A stretch of DNA of 64,000 bases from Nitrososphaera sp. (GCA_039938575.1 JBDUUJ010000079.1:10067-74066), one strand, 5' to 3'. Positions 9,011 to 18,657 are shown, counted from the stretch's first letter. Notes: generated from the sequence alone by a model not told the origin. Made by a program: numbers and translations.

Positions 9011-9027
9011 GTCAAATTAAAAGATCT
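9011..9027 (+). repeat. attR core (17-bp direct repeat)
   Basis: GTCAAATTAAAAGATCT, identical to 1002-1018. Confidence 0.85.
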
Positions 9028-9058
9028 ATAACCGAAATGTGAAAAAACTGACTGGTTT

Positions 9059-9574
9059 TCATGGTTTCATTCTATGACCCATTTGTGAGCCCATCTTGGT
9101 CTTGTTCTCCATCATTTGCTTCATTTGTTCTAGATGTTGAGGATCATCGATCATCATTTGGTGCATTTGCTGCATCATCTGTGGATCGGCCATCATTTGC
9201 TGCATCATTTGATGCATATGATCGGAATCACTCATCATCATTTGCATCATTTTTTCCATGTGTTGAGGGTTGTCTGCCATCATTTGGTGCATTTGCTCCA
9301 CATGATTAGGATCATTCATCATGATGTCATGCATCTGACTCATCAGTTGTGGATCGGCCATCATCTGGTTCATCCAGTCGTTCATAGTTTGTGGATTTTG
9401 TCTCCATTGAGCCATCATTTGTTGCCTGAAGCTCGGATCGTTCATCATGGCCTGCATTTGTTGCGGATTCATGTGTATGTTTGTTGACATTCCTTGGAAA
9501 ACTGAATATCCTATTCCTACTCCGGCAAAAAATACGCCCACTATAATTCCTATCCAGACAGCTTGTTTTGCCAT
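9059..9574 (-). CDS. Membrane-anchored Met/His/Gln-rich repeat protein
   Basis: N-terminal TM (AVWIGIIVGVFFAGVGIG) then ~7 imperfect 'MMxDPQxMxQMHQM' repeats; likely start ATG 9574. Confidence 0.85.
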   Translation of the reverse strand: MAKQAVWIGIIVGVFFAGVGIGYSVFQGMSTNIHMNPQQMQAMMNDPSFRQQMMAQWRQNPQTMNDWMNQMMADPQLMSQMHDIMMNDPNHVEQMHQMMADNPQHMEKMMQMMMSDSDHMHQMMQQMMADPQMMQQMHQMMIDDPQHLEQMKQMMENKTKMGSQMGHRMKP

Positions 9575-9701
9575 TGATTGTGTGGTGAATCTAATTGTAT
9601 ATACCACATGCAGTCAATTTTCAATTCTGATAAGCTGCCTAAATTCTCAAAGTTGAGATTTAACTTCATTCCATAAATACAATTTTTTCTCCTCTTATGC
9701 A

Positions 9702-11342
9702 GTGTCAACCATACAAACCACCTCTGAAGGCATTCCGGTAATAGTTCTAAAGGAAGGCTCAAAACAATCAAGAGGGCGCGATGCACAGAAAAACAATATC
9801 AATGCAGCAAAAATCATTGCAGAGATAATCGCATCAAGTCTAGGACCACGAGGCATGGACAAGATGCTAGTTGACTCTATTGGCGACATCACCATTACAA
9901 ACGACGGTGCAACTATTTTAAAGGAGATCGATGTACAGCATCCTGCAGCCAAGATGATGGTCGAGGTTGCAAAGGCCACTGACAGTGAAGTCGGAGACGG
10001 CACCACATCTGCAGTTGTAATTGCAGGTTCGCTTCTGGAAAAGGCCGAAGAACTAATTGACAACGAGATTCATCCAGTAATAATCGCAGACGGCTACAAA
10101 AAGGCTTCAAAGAAGGCAATATCGTTTCTTTCCGAAATCGCAAAAAAAATCGATGTAAATGACAAGCAAACATTGGAAAAAATAGCACGCACCTCAATGC
10201 TTACGAAACTCGTTGCAGTAGAGGCAGCAGACCTTGCAAAAATAGTAGTTGAAGCAGTTCATGCAGTTATGGAAAAAAAGGATGGAGAAAACAGAGTCAC
10301 AATAAGCAATGTCAAGGTGGAAAAAAAGACTGGTGGCTCCATCTCAGACAGCAGTCTTATCAACGGCATAGTGCTTGACAAAGAAGTAGTCAATAACAAC
10401 ATGCCAAAAAAAATTCAGAATGCCAAAATCGCGTTAATTTCGGCTCCACTCGAAATAGAAAAGACCGAATTCGATGCCAAAATAAACATCTCCACTCCAA
10501 ACCAGATAAAATCGTTCATGGAGGAAGAAAATCAGATTCTGCGAGAGATGGTTGACAAGATAACGAAGACAGGTGCAAACGTAGTTCTATGTCAAAAGGG
10601 AATTGACGACATTGTACAGCATTACTTGGCAAAAGCTGGAATTTTGGCGGTTCGTAGAATCAAAGAAAGCGACATGGCAAAGCTTGCAAAGGCTACAGGC
10701 GGCAGGATAGTCGGCAATGTGGAGGATCTTACAGACAAAGACTTGGGTCTTGCACAAAATGTTGAGGAAAAACAGATTGAAGAGGACAACTGGACGTTTG
10801 TTGAGGGTTGTAAGAATCCAAAGGCTGTAACTTTTCTTATTAGAGGCGGTTCGCAGAGGGTCGTAGATGAAGTAGACAGAGCTGTCCACGATGCGCTCAT
10901 GGTGGTCAAAGATGTGATAGAGAGACCTTACTTTGTGCCTGGCGGAGGAGCCCCGGAGGCATACATTGCAACAAAACTCAGGATGTGGGCGCAGTCATTA
11001 TCTGGAAGGGAGCAGCTCGCGGTTGAAAAGTTTGCAGGAGCTCTTGAGGCAATACCTATTTCTCTTGCAAGAAACGCCGGTATGAACCCAATTGATGCGA
11101 TAACACAGATTAGGGCAAAGCAGAGCGCCGGTGAGAAATATACTGGAGTTGATGTCATAAATGGCACCATAGGGGACATAGAAAAAATAGATGTGTTTGA
11201 GCCGGTTCGCGTAAAAGAACAGGTGATCAAATCTGCAACAGAAACCGCAAACATGATACTTCGAATCGATAATGTTGTAGCAGTATCAAGAGCGCCTGCC
11301 CCGTCTGGACAAACGCCTAATCAACCACCACCTATGTATTAG
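9702..11342 (+). CDS. ths: Thermosome (group II chaperonin) subunit
   Basis: [32 protein letters not shown] motifs. Confidence 0.97.
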   Translation: MSTIQTTSEGIPVIVLKEGSKQSRGRDAQKNNINAAKIIAEIIASSLGPRGMDKMLVDSIGDITITNDGATILKEIDVQHPAAKMMVEVAKATDSEVGDGTTSAVVIAGSLLEKAEELIDNEIHPVIIADGYKKASKKAISFLSEIAKKIDVNDKQTLEKIARTSMLTKLVAVEAADLAKIVVEAVHAVMEKKDGENRVTISNVKVEKKTGGSISDSSLINGIVLDKEVVNNNMPKKIQNAKIALISAPLEIEKTEFDAKINISTPNQIKSFMEEENQILREMVDKITKTGANVVLCQKGIDDIVQHYLAKAGILAVRRIKESDMAKLAKATGGRIVGNVEDLTDKDLGLAQNVEEKQIEEDNWTFVEGCKNPKAVTFLIRGGSQRVVDEVDRAVHDALMVVKDVIERPYFVPGGGAPEAYIATKLRMWAQSLSGREQLAVEKFAGALEAIPISLARNAGMNPIDAITQIRAKQSAGEKYTGVDVINGTIGDIEKIDVFEPVRVKEQVIKSATETANMILRIDNVVAVSRAPAPSGQTPNQPPPMY

Positions 11343-11347
11343 AGGCA

Positions 11348-12160
11348 TTGAAAAAAATCCTAATTACAAAGGCCAATGGTCAAAAGGTGCCATTCGATCC
11401 AAGAAAGGTTGAGTTTACCTCCATAAGGGCAGGAGCAGACCCAAGGGTTGCACGAGAGATTTCAAGACAGATCCATTCCAGAATCCACTACGGAACAACC
11501 ACCAAAGAGATCTATTCGATGGTCCTGCAGCTTTTGTCAAAGCGTGGTGGTGTCGCAATAAAGCAGAGGTACCGCCTCAAGGAGTCAATTATGCGTCTTG
11601 GCCCGGCCGGTTTTTCGTTTGAGATCTATGTGAGTCAGATTCTTGAAAATTTCGGTTACAAGACAAAATCAACTGGTAAGGAATTTCAAGGGAGGTGCAT
11701 CAAACATGAAATAGACCTTGACATGGAACATCTTGGAAAGAGATGGCTTGTCGAGTGCAAGTACCACAACATGCCTGGCAGGTATACTGGGATCAAGGAA
11801 TCACTTTACACGCATGCGAGATTTTTGGATCTTGTGGACAGCTTTGATGTCGAGATGCTTGTTTGCAACACAAAGGTATCAGACGACGTAATTACCTACT
11901 CTACCTGCATAGGTCAGAAAGTTCTATCATGGAAGTATCCCACTGGTGCAGGACTGGAAAAGATGATCGAAGACAAAAAACTTTATCCCATTACCATACT
12001 TGGACCCACGAAGTTTGAGCTGGAGGTATTTGCTAGATCCAAGACGATGTTAGCTAAAGATCTGATTGATGTGGACGTTGATGAATTTGCCAGAACCACT
12101 AGGATCCCACTTAAGCGCATCATTGCGTTGCAGAAATTGTCTAATCAAATTATTTCCTAG
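11348..12160 (+). CDS. ATP-cone + Mrr-like PD-(D/E)XK nuclease domain protein
   Basis: N-terminal 'ITKANGQKVPFDPRKV' ATP-cone; FEIYVSQIL, EID..VECK nuclease motif. Confidence 0.8.
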   Translation: MKKILITKANGQKVPFDPRKVEFTSIRAGADPRVAREISRQIHSRIHYGTTTKEIYSMVLQLLSKRGGVAIKQRYRLKESIMRLGPAGFSFEIYVSQILENFGYKTKSTGKEFQGRCIKHEIDLDMEHLGKRWLVECKYHNMPGRYTGIKESLYTHARFLDLVDSFDVEMLVCNTKVSDDVITYSTCIGQKVLSWKYPTGAGLEKMIEDKKLYPITILGPTKFELEVFARSKTMLAKDLIDVDVDEFARTTRIPLKRIIALQKLSNQIIS

Positions 12161-13076
12161 CTTGTAAAAACTCCAATACTTTGTTTATGTTGCTTCTTAC
12201 AACTGATGCCGATTTGTGCAATGAGTTCTCTTCATCTTTGCTGATTTTTATTTGGTTGATCTGCGCAACGCCATTTTTGTTTATGCAAAGTGGCACTCCT
12301 ACGCACACATCAGACAAACCATATTGACCAGACAATAGTGTGGAAGCCGGAACTGCAAGTGTGTCATTTTTTATTATGCATTTTACGACATCAAAGGTAT
12401 TTCTGGCAATGCCGAACACAGAATGACCTTTGTAGTCACGAAGGTACTTCCAGTAGTTTCTTGTCATAGAGGCAATTCTTGCTTTTTTTTGTTCATCAAG
12501 AATCTCAGTTACAGGTTTACCTACGAATTTTGCATGTGAAAAGATCGGTACCATCGAGTCATCGTGCTCACCTAGCACAAATGCATCTGTGATCTGCGAC
12601 TGGTCTGCTCCAAACTCCTCAGCTAAGAGGTACCTAAATCTGGCAGAGTCCAAACTTGATGCGACACCTATTACGCTTGTTGGTGGCAGGTTTGAGTCTT
12701 TTTGTAAAACATATGTCATCACATCGACTGGGTTTGTGACTACTAGCACTTTGGAATCAGGTGCGTATTTTGCAATCTCTTTTGCCATTCCGCGTATCAT
12801 GATGGCCTGTTCATACATTATCTCACTCCTGCTTTGCATGTGCACCATCGTACTTGCGGTAACTACAATTACTTTAGAGTCTTTGATTTTTGAGTAATCG
12901 CTAGTTCCTTTGATTGATATTGCAGATGACGGTGGAATTGCATTTGTGATGTCTAGTGCTTCACCTACTGCCTTTTTTTCTGTGCGGTTTACCAAAATGA
13001 TGTCATCTAGGCCAAAAGAGGCGCATAGAAACGCAACCGCTGAGCCCACTTTGCCACTGCCGATAATTGATATCAA
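12150..13076 (-). CDS. mdh: Malate/lactate dehydrogenase family protein
   Basis: GSGKVG, VVTNPVDVMT, LDSARFR, LGEHDDSMVP. Confidence 0.9.
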   Translation of the reverse strand: MISIIGSGKVGSAVAFLCASFGLDDIILVNRTEKKAVGEALDITNAIPPSSAISIKGTSDYSKIKDSKVIVVTASTMVHMQSRSEIMYEQAIMIRGMAKEIAKYAPDSKVLVVTNPVDVMTYVLQKDSNLPPTSVIGVASSLDSARFRYLLAEEFGADQSQITDAFVLGEHDDSMVPIFSHAKFVGKPVTEILDEQKKARIASMTRNYWKYLRDYKGHSVFGIARNTFDVVKCIIKNDTLAVPASTLLSGQYGLSDVCVGVPLCINKNGVAQINQIKISKDEENSLHKSASVVRSNINKVLEFLQARK

Positions 13077-13089
13077 TACACATCCGTCC

Positions 13090-13548
13090 TTATTCAGTCA
13101 AAGTTACACGTATTGCACGAATTGTTCCAAGAAGTTCCTTGCCGTTTGCGACATCATAGTAATTGAAGGTCTCCTCTTTTTTACTGATTATGGTTATTGT
13201 GTCGATATCAGATGGCTCCAGCAATTTTGTTTTTAACTCAACGCCGTCAACATAAAGTTGGTGCGGTTTTGTGTCCTTGTTTATCACGGTAATTATGTAT
13301 GAATAGTCACCTGCCCTCATGATGAGCTCCGGGTTTGTGCCTCCATTTCCTTCCGTACCCACCACAACTGTGTGGCCATCAAGTGTTTGAAATTCGAGTG
13401 TTTGTCTTACTACTTCTGGCCAGAATATGTTAAACTGCCTTACATAGCCTTGGCTGGCATAGCCAAATATTGCAATCAGTGCGACCCCGCCTGTGATTAG
13501 CGCAATTATGACGAATCTTTTTTCACTGTTCACGCATCTAGTTGTCAT
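13090..13548 (-). CDS. Membrane-anchored cupredoxin-like protein
   Basis: TM anchor, then 'NPELIMRAGD..ITVINKDTKPHQLYVD' beta-sandwich pattern; no Cys ligand. Confidence 0.5.
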   Translation of the reverse strand: MTTRCVNSEKRFVIIALITGGVALIAIFGYASQGYVRQFNIFWPEVVRQTLEFQTLDGHTVVVGTEGNGGTNPELIMRAGDYSYIITVINKDTKPHQLYVDGVELKTKLLEPSDIDTITIISKKEETFNYYDVANGKELLGTIRAIRVTLTE

Positions 13549-13655
13549 TTAACGTATATGTACGGCCAAGATAATTTTCATGTTTGATACCAAAGTGGTT
13601 ACTACCATCTAAAGCTCGTGGCTTCCTGCTTGACTGCATTACGATCCACTCATGC

Positions 13656-13840
13656 TTAATGCATCTTTAAGACAATTATCGCTACACCAAAATACATTGC
13701 GATTGTAGTGATGTCGCTAATAATTGTAGCAAGAGGTCCTGAAGCTATTGCTGGATCTTTTTTGAATTTGACAAGCATGATTGAAAAATAGGCTGCAAAA
13801 ACGCCTGAAATGCCATACTTAAAAATACCGCACATCCGAC
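13656..13840 (-). pseudogene. MgtE transporter C-terminal fragment
   Basis: 'KDPAIASGPLATIISDITTIAMYFGVA' is the MgtE C-terminal signature; the upstream part of the 123-aa ORF is unrelated. Confidence 0.65.
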
Positions 13841-14105
13841 TACGATTCCAAGCTTTATTTGTTGCCAACCTCGGTACTTTTTCGTTATTTTTGTGTCCAC
13901 TAGATATTCGTGACCATTTGTGTGGTTGGTTTTTGACTTCATGTCTCGTTTTTGTGAAATGGTTTTTCCAGGTTCCGTGAGGGACTAATCTGCTTTTTGG
14001 TTTAATAATACACAGTAGAAATTTCAATATCGATAATCACATGTAACATGTTAATGGTTGAAATTCTCATCTTTGATTTGTGGAAATAAAAAATCAAGTA
14101 CAGCT

Positions 14106-14366
14106 TTAATAGCTGCACTTTCTTGCAGAAGTGCCTCTGTTTGTGACGCAGACTAGGCTCTCTATGTGAGGTTTGGGCCTTGGTGGTGGAAGATCTTTTA
14201 TGTTAAGTGTTTTTTCTCCGCGGCCCAACACCAGCGTAAGGTTTCTTTCTATCTTTGCGAGTCGTTCTTGCTGCACCTTTCTGTAGCTGTCTCCTGCCCA
14301 GTTCTGTGCACCGACTTCGGTCTTTCTCCTTCCGGTTCCTCGGCCTGTAACTTTGATTACTTGCAT
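14106..14366 (-). CDS. Basic hypothetical protein, 86 aa
   Basis: TTTAAATA box ~25 bp upstream of ATG (leaderless geometry); no recognisable family. Confidence 0.5.
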   Translation of the reverse strand: MQVIKVTGRGTGRRKTEVGAQNWAGDSYRKVQQERLAKIERNLTLVLGRGEKTLNIKDLPPPRPKPHIESLVCVTNRGTSARKCSY

Positions 14367-14393
14367 AAAGTAATGTTGCTATAATTATTATTT

Positions 14394-14486
14394 AAAAAGC
14401 TAGCACACACTGTCTTGCAGAGAGAAGACTGGAAGGAGGTTAGGGAGCGTTGGGGGGAAACATAAGCAGTTGCCTTCCTTCCACTG
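14394..14486 (-). ncRNA. Candidate small structured RNA (~90 nt)
   Basis: TTAAATA box at 14507-14513, purine stem TGGAAGGAAGG pairing with CCTCCTTCCA around a pyrimidine-rich loop, second hairpin GTCTT..AAGAC, then T5. Confidence 0.4.
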
Positions 14487-14605
14487 GGTTGATTATGGTG
14501 TTTTTGTATTTAACAAGAATCGTAATTATCAGCTGTGAAAATAACTCGATTATCAACTCTGAATGACACACTACAAGTAAAATAATTCAGAACTGTACGA
14601 GCAAC

Positions 14606-15895
14606 ATGGTGGCGCTTCGCAGGCAGTTGGGACTGTTTCAGACCACCATATACGGAGTGGGACTGATCCTTGGTGCAGGCATCTATGCCTTGATAGGTGA
14701 CGCAGCTGGAGAGGCGGGGAACTCATTATGGCTCTCATTTGTTCTTGGTGCATTTGCGGCCGTATTTACCGGATTGAGCTATGCTGAATTGTCATCTATG
14801 TATCCGAAGGCGGCCGCAGAATACATATTTGTAAAAAACGCATTCAAGAATAATTTTGTCGCATTCATAGTTGGTTGGTTGACGCTTTTTACTGCAATAA
14901 TTTCTGCTTCTGCGATCGCACTCGGCTTTGGCGGATACTTTATGACCATTTCAGGTGTCCCGATCGTTGTTGCAGCCGTTATGGCAGTCATTGGATTGTC
15001 ATTTTTGAATTTCATTGGCATCCGAGAATCATCGTCGATAAATATTGTATTTACAATAATTGAGGCTGCCGGCCTTGCCTTGGTAATCTGGTTAGGCCTA
15101 GTCGTCTTTGGGAATGTGGATGTGGATTATTATGAAATGCCATTTGGGTTTTCCGGAGTGTTTGCTGCATTTACGCTTGTGTTTTTTGCATACATTGGAT
15201 TTGAAAACATTGCAAACATAGCTGAGGAGATAAAGAACCCAAGAAAGGTGCTGCCAAGGGCAATCGTACTTGCCATTTCAATTACAGCAGTCATATACAT
15301 CCTGGTTTCTTTGTCTGCAGTCAGGATTCTCAGCTGGCAGGAGCTTGATGCGTCAGTGGCGCCGCTAGCAGATGTCATAAAAAAGGCACTTGGGCAACAG
15401 TGGCAGACTGTCATCCTGTTTATTGCGTTATTTGCCACGACCAACACGATCCTCATAATGTTGGTATCAGGGTCCAGAATACTGTACGGCATTGCACGCG
15501 ACAAGTCCCTTCCCCCAATTCTTGGTACGATACACCAGAAAAGAAAGACGCCATGGTTGGCAGTAATTATCATAGGTGCCATGTCATGTGTATTTATTTT
15601 CGCAGGCGAGATTTCCACCGTTGCAAACATCTCCGTGTTTGCCATAATCATGGTCTTCATTTTTGTTAACATTTCTCTGATTTGGTTGCGCTTCAAGGAA
15701 CCAAACACTGAAAGGCCGTTCAAGGTTCCTTTGAATGTAAAATGGTTTCCTATTCTTCCAGCACTGGGAATAATCACTCCAATTCTTGGTGTCATCCAGT
15801 TTGACTCATACATCATATTGATGGGCTTTGGTGTTGTAGTAAGCGGTATTGTGTTTTATCTTGCTTACAATAAAATCAAAAGCAAAAAGTTGTGA
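14606..15895 (+). CDS. APC family amino acid permease
   Basis: GLILGAGIY, YAELSSMYPKAAAEY, FAYIGFE, EEIKNP; 12 TM. Confidence 0.95.
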   Translation: MVALRRQLGLFQTTIYGVGLILGAGIYALIGDAAGEAGNSLWLSFVLGAFAAVFTGLSYAELSSMYPKAAAEYIFVKNAFKNNFVAFIVGWLTLFTAIISASAIALGFGGYFMTISGVPIVVAAVMAVIGLSFLNFIGIRESSSINIVFTIIEAAGLALVIWLGLVVFGNVDVDYYEMPFGFSGVFAAFTLVFFAYIGFENIANIAEEIKNPRKVLPRAIVLAISITAVIYILVSLSAVRILSWQELDASVAPLADVIKKALGQQWQTVILFIALFATTNTILIMLVSGSRILYGIARDKSLPPILGTIHQKRKTPWLAVIIIGAMSCVFIFAGEISTVANISVFAIIMVFIFVNISLIWLRFKEPNTERPFKVPLNVKWFPILPALGIITPILGVIQFDSYIILMGFGVVVSGIVFYLAYNKIKSKKL

Positions 15896-15905
15896 TTTGA
15901 TATTG

Positions 15906-16148
15906 CTATCTTCCACCTTGTGATATGATGGCAGTCAGTGTGTTTGTTTCACGCAGGTGTGGTATTTTGCGGATCTTTGAGACTATCTCTTCGATTTCTT
16001 CTCTGGAATCTGCCTGGATCTTGGCAAATATGTCAAAGACGCCAAGTGTGCCGCGCACTTCTTTTATTTGATTTATCTGCATGAGTTGTTTTATTATAGC
16101 GTCTTCGTATCCAAGATCACATTGTATGAGTACGTATGCTATTTCCAT
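15906..16148 (-). CDS. Lrp/AsnC ligand-binding (RAM) domain protein
   Basis: AYVLIQC..EVRGTLGVFDIFAKI..ETNT. Confidence 0.9.
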   Translation of the reverse strand: MEIAYVLIQCDLGYEDAIIKQLMQINQIKEVRGTLGVFDIFAKIQADSREEIEEIVSKIRKIPHLRETNTLTAIISQGGR

Positions 16149-16604
16149 ATGTTAACTGAGAAGTGGGTATAATTAAATCTAAAATTATTGGTTGATGTAT
16201 CTTTTCCAGAAAGTGCCGAATTGTAACTTGATATCGTGATAAAAGATAACTAAAAACCGCATACTGCACACAAAAAATTTTAGGTATAGTCTTGATTTGA
16301 TGTTAGCTGTTTGTGTGTATTTTTACGAAAATATTTCTGAAGATGGAAACATCTGAATCTGTCTATTCTGATGCAATTGCCACAGACAAGATACTTGTGG
16401 ATCCGTGGATGAATGAGAGGACGAAATAATTTACGGAAAGAACACTCGTTTAACAGACCCTAAATCAACAAGATATATCTGGAATTAAGAATCATGTTTT
16501 TTGTTTGAGCTTCTGTAGCAAGCACCTACATGCTCATTTTAATGTTGGTTGCGATTACTAATTTTTGATAATTAGAGATTCCTTTATTGCAACACCGAGT
16601 TTGC

Positions 16605-16757
16605 CTAGATCTCTTCTATTGTGATCTTGATCTGCTTTCCATCATAATTTTTGATTACTTCTTTTACTTTGTCTGTTGGGATGATGATTATTCGCCTTTC
16701 TTTGCCGTTTGAATTGCATCCAGATTTGGCAAGCTTGGTGACAAACGTTATCTGCAT
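16605..16757 (-). CDS. AbrB/MazE-like small DNA-binding protein, 50 aa
   Basis: MQITFVTKLAKSG..RRIIIIPTDKVKEV..DGKQIKITIEEI; TATA ~25 bp upstream; the ORF-track N-terminal extension is promoter DNA. Confidence 0.5.
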   Translation of the reverse strand: MQITFVTKLAKSGCNSNGKERRIIIIPTDKVKEVIKNYDGKQIKITIEEI

Positions 16758-16780
16758 GTCGATATTAGCTTGCTGTAGTA

Positions 16781-16817
16781 TATATTTATATACTATTATA
16801 CACAATATATAAATATA
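16781..16817. promoter_or_regulatory. Back-to-back TATA elements forming a 12-bp inverted repeat
   Basis: TATATTTATATA (16781-16792) / TATATAAATATA (16806-16817) between divergent genes. Confidence 0.55.
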
Positions 16818-16824
16818 CATTATT

Positions 16825-17760
16825 ATGTATAATAGTATACTGAAAAATTTGGAAAAACACGCTAATAAAAAATTGGATGGTTGTAGAGAACACATTCTTG
16901 TCTGTGACGAAGAACATGGTGAAATGATTTGTGCAAGGTGCGGCTGCGTAGTTCAAGAAAAGATCGAAGATGAAGGACCTGAATGGCGTGCACTCGACTC
17001 GAAGATAAACAAGAGTAGAATTGGTGACGGCAGCTCGCTTACCAAACATGACATGGGCCTCTCAACTGTGATAGGTTCAGCAAACAAAGATGTCACTGGA
17101 AAGCCATTATCTGCAATTATGCGAAGCACTATTGAAAGACTCAGGATGTGGGATAGCAGAAGCCAGGCACATACTGCAGCTGATAGAAATCTCCGAAAGG
17201 CATTCTCTGAATTATCCGCACTAAAAGAAAAATTAGGATTAACTGAGGCTATTGCAGAAAAAACTGCTTACATCTACAGAAAGGCTCATGAAAAAAAACT
17301 TGTTCGTGGAAGACCCATATCGGCATTTATTTGTGCAGCCCTGTATGCTGCGTGTAGAGACAGCGAAACTCCACGTACAATAAAAGACATTCAAAAAGCA
17401 AGTGCTGTGAAATCAAAGCAGATCAACAAGTGTTACCGACAACTCGTAGAGGGCCTCGACATGAAAATGCCAGTAGTTGATCCAGTACAGTGTGTTTCAT
17501 TGATAGCAAACAAAGTAGGAGCATCAGAAAAAACAAAACGTCTTGCAGCTTCAATCTTTGTTGAATATGAAAAGACCGGTAATGCTTCCGGAAAGAGTCC
17601 GATGGCTGTTGCTGCAACCGCCGTATATTTGGCAGCAGTCAAGAACAACGAAAATTTTACACAACGGCAGGTAGCACGTGCTGCAAATATCACCGAAGTG
17701 ACAATTAGAAATAGGACACATTCGATGAGAAATAGTATCAAGTCTTTGAATACCCAGTAG
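16825..17760 (+). CDS. tfb: Transcription initiation factor IIB paralog
   Basis: Zn ribbon (DEEHGEMICARCG), GPEWR, cyclin repeats, TEVTIRNR. Confidence 0.96.
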   Translation: MYNSILKNLEKHANKKLDGCREHILVCDEEHGEMICARCGCVVQEKIEDEGPEWRALDSKINKSRIGDGSSLTKHDMGLSTVIGSANKDVTGKPLSAIMRSTIERLRMWDSRSQAHTAADRNLRKAFSELSALKEKLGLTEAIAEKTAYIYRKAHEKKLVRGRPISAFICAALYAACRDSETPRTIKDIQKASAVKSKQINKCYRQLVEGLDMKMPVVDPVQCVSLIANKVGASEKTKRLAASIFVEYEKTGNASGKSPMAVAATAVYLAAVKNNENFTQRQVARAANITEVTIRNRTHSMRNSIKSLNTQ

Positions 17761-17780
17761 GCTCTCGCAAGTACTGTGGC

Positions 17781-18125
17781 TTAGAGTATATGCGTGCCAC
17801 TTTGTTTTGTTGCAATATCAAACGCTTCTTCTACATTTGAGACAAATATTTTACCGTCGCCGGCAGTTCCCGTGTGGGCCACGTTCATTATTGCCTTGAC
17901 GACTTTATCTACTTTGGAATCATCCACTATTGTCATTATTGATTCAAGTCTGTTGTACATGGCAACAAACTTTGCAGTGCCCCTTGATCCCCTCAGTATG
18001 GGCCTTTCTCCTGTTCCGATGCCTCTTGACTGTGTGATGGTGATGCCAGTTACGCCTATTTCTTTTAGCGCGTCAGTGACTACAGCTAGCTTGTCTTCCT
18101 GTATTATTGCGTCTATTTTTTTCAT
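17781..18125 (-). CDS. glnB: Nitrogen regulatory protein P-II
   Basis: MKKIDAII, GTAGDGKIFVS, T-loop with RGSRG. Confidence 0.92.
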   Translation of the reverse strand: MKKIDAIIQEDKLAVVTDALKEIGVTGITITQSRGIGTGERPILRGSRGTAKFVAMYNRLESIMTIVDDSKVDKVVKAIMNVAHTGTAGDGKIFVSNVEEAFDIATKQSGTHIL

Positions 18126-18429
18126 GATTAGACATCACATTGTTCACTTAAAAGACAAGCCGACAATTATCAAACAAGATAGTGACATGGTGCGTTGGAA
18201 AAAGGGTAACAACTTCTCAAGATTCAGATCGTAGTAATCCTGTGGTTACCCGTTGTCTTAAAATCACAACTCCACGTAGGTTTTATGATTTTTCTTGAGT
18301 GTTATTACCCTAGTTATTAATAGCAATCATTAGATAAAAAACCTCATTTGAATATCAGTATTGATAATGTTTTCTCAAAAGTGATAATTTACATCATTAC
18401 TATAATATAAGAAATACACATACAAAACA

Positions 18430-18657
18430 ATGGAAAAAACAGCTCTCTGCCTTAACAATAACTGCTATAATGTCATACACCAGCTGACAAAGACTCTTGG
18501 TTTCCTATCTCGTGTAGACCAGTACATAGCCGATGCACAAAAAGTTGGCGACAAGGAATCTGAAAAAGTGTGGAATGCCATAAAATCAGACAGACAAAAA
18601 CATGCGGAATTATTGAGAAACTTGGTAATTAATGAAATAAAGAACACCAAGTTCTAA
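18430..18657 (+). CDS. Small helical hypothetical protein
   Basis: 75-aa ORF with TATA-like box upstream; ferritin-like half pattern (DRQKHAELL). Confidence 0.65.
   Translation: MEKTALCLNNNCYNVIHQLTKTLGFLSRVDQYIADAQKVGDKESEKVWNAIKSDRQKHAELLRNLVINEIKNTKF

Larger units (their letters stand above)
1002..9027. mobile_element. Integrated mobile element (~8.0 kb, cryptic integrated element/plasmid-like)
   Basis: Identical 17-bp GTCAAATTAAAAGATCT at 1002-1018 and 9011-9027; integrase just inside the left end; replication/regulatory genes plus AT-rich cargo. Confidence 0.85.

Noticed and set aside
9110-9460. Periodic repeats superficially like a CRISPR array
   Set aside because: Degenerate, codon-phased protein repeats without constant repeat/unique spacer structure. 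No cas genes.
9061-9487. Plus-strand His- or Ser-rich ORFs over the Met-rich gene
   Set aside because: Antisense shadows of the ATG/CAG-rich repeat. The minus-strand ORF has a TM anchor and coherent repeats.
14808-14818. GGCGGCCGCA matching the 3' end of tRNA-Gly (possible att duplication)
   Set aside because: Only 10 bp, inside the permease coding sequence (KAAAE), and in opposite orientation.
16757-16895. N-terminal extension of the 96-aa ORF (IIMYIYILCIIVYKY)
   Set aside because: This is translated AT-rich promoter DNA overlapping tfb. The real gene probably starts at 16757.
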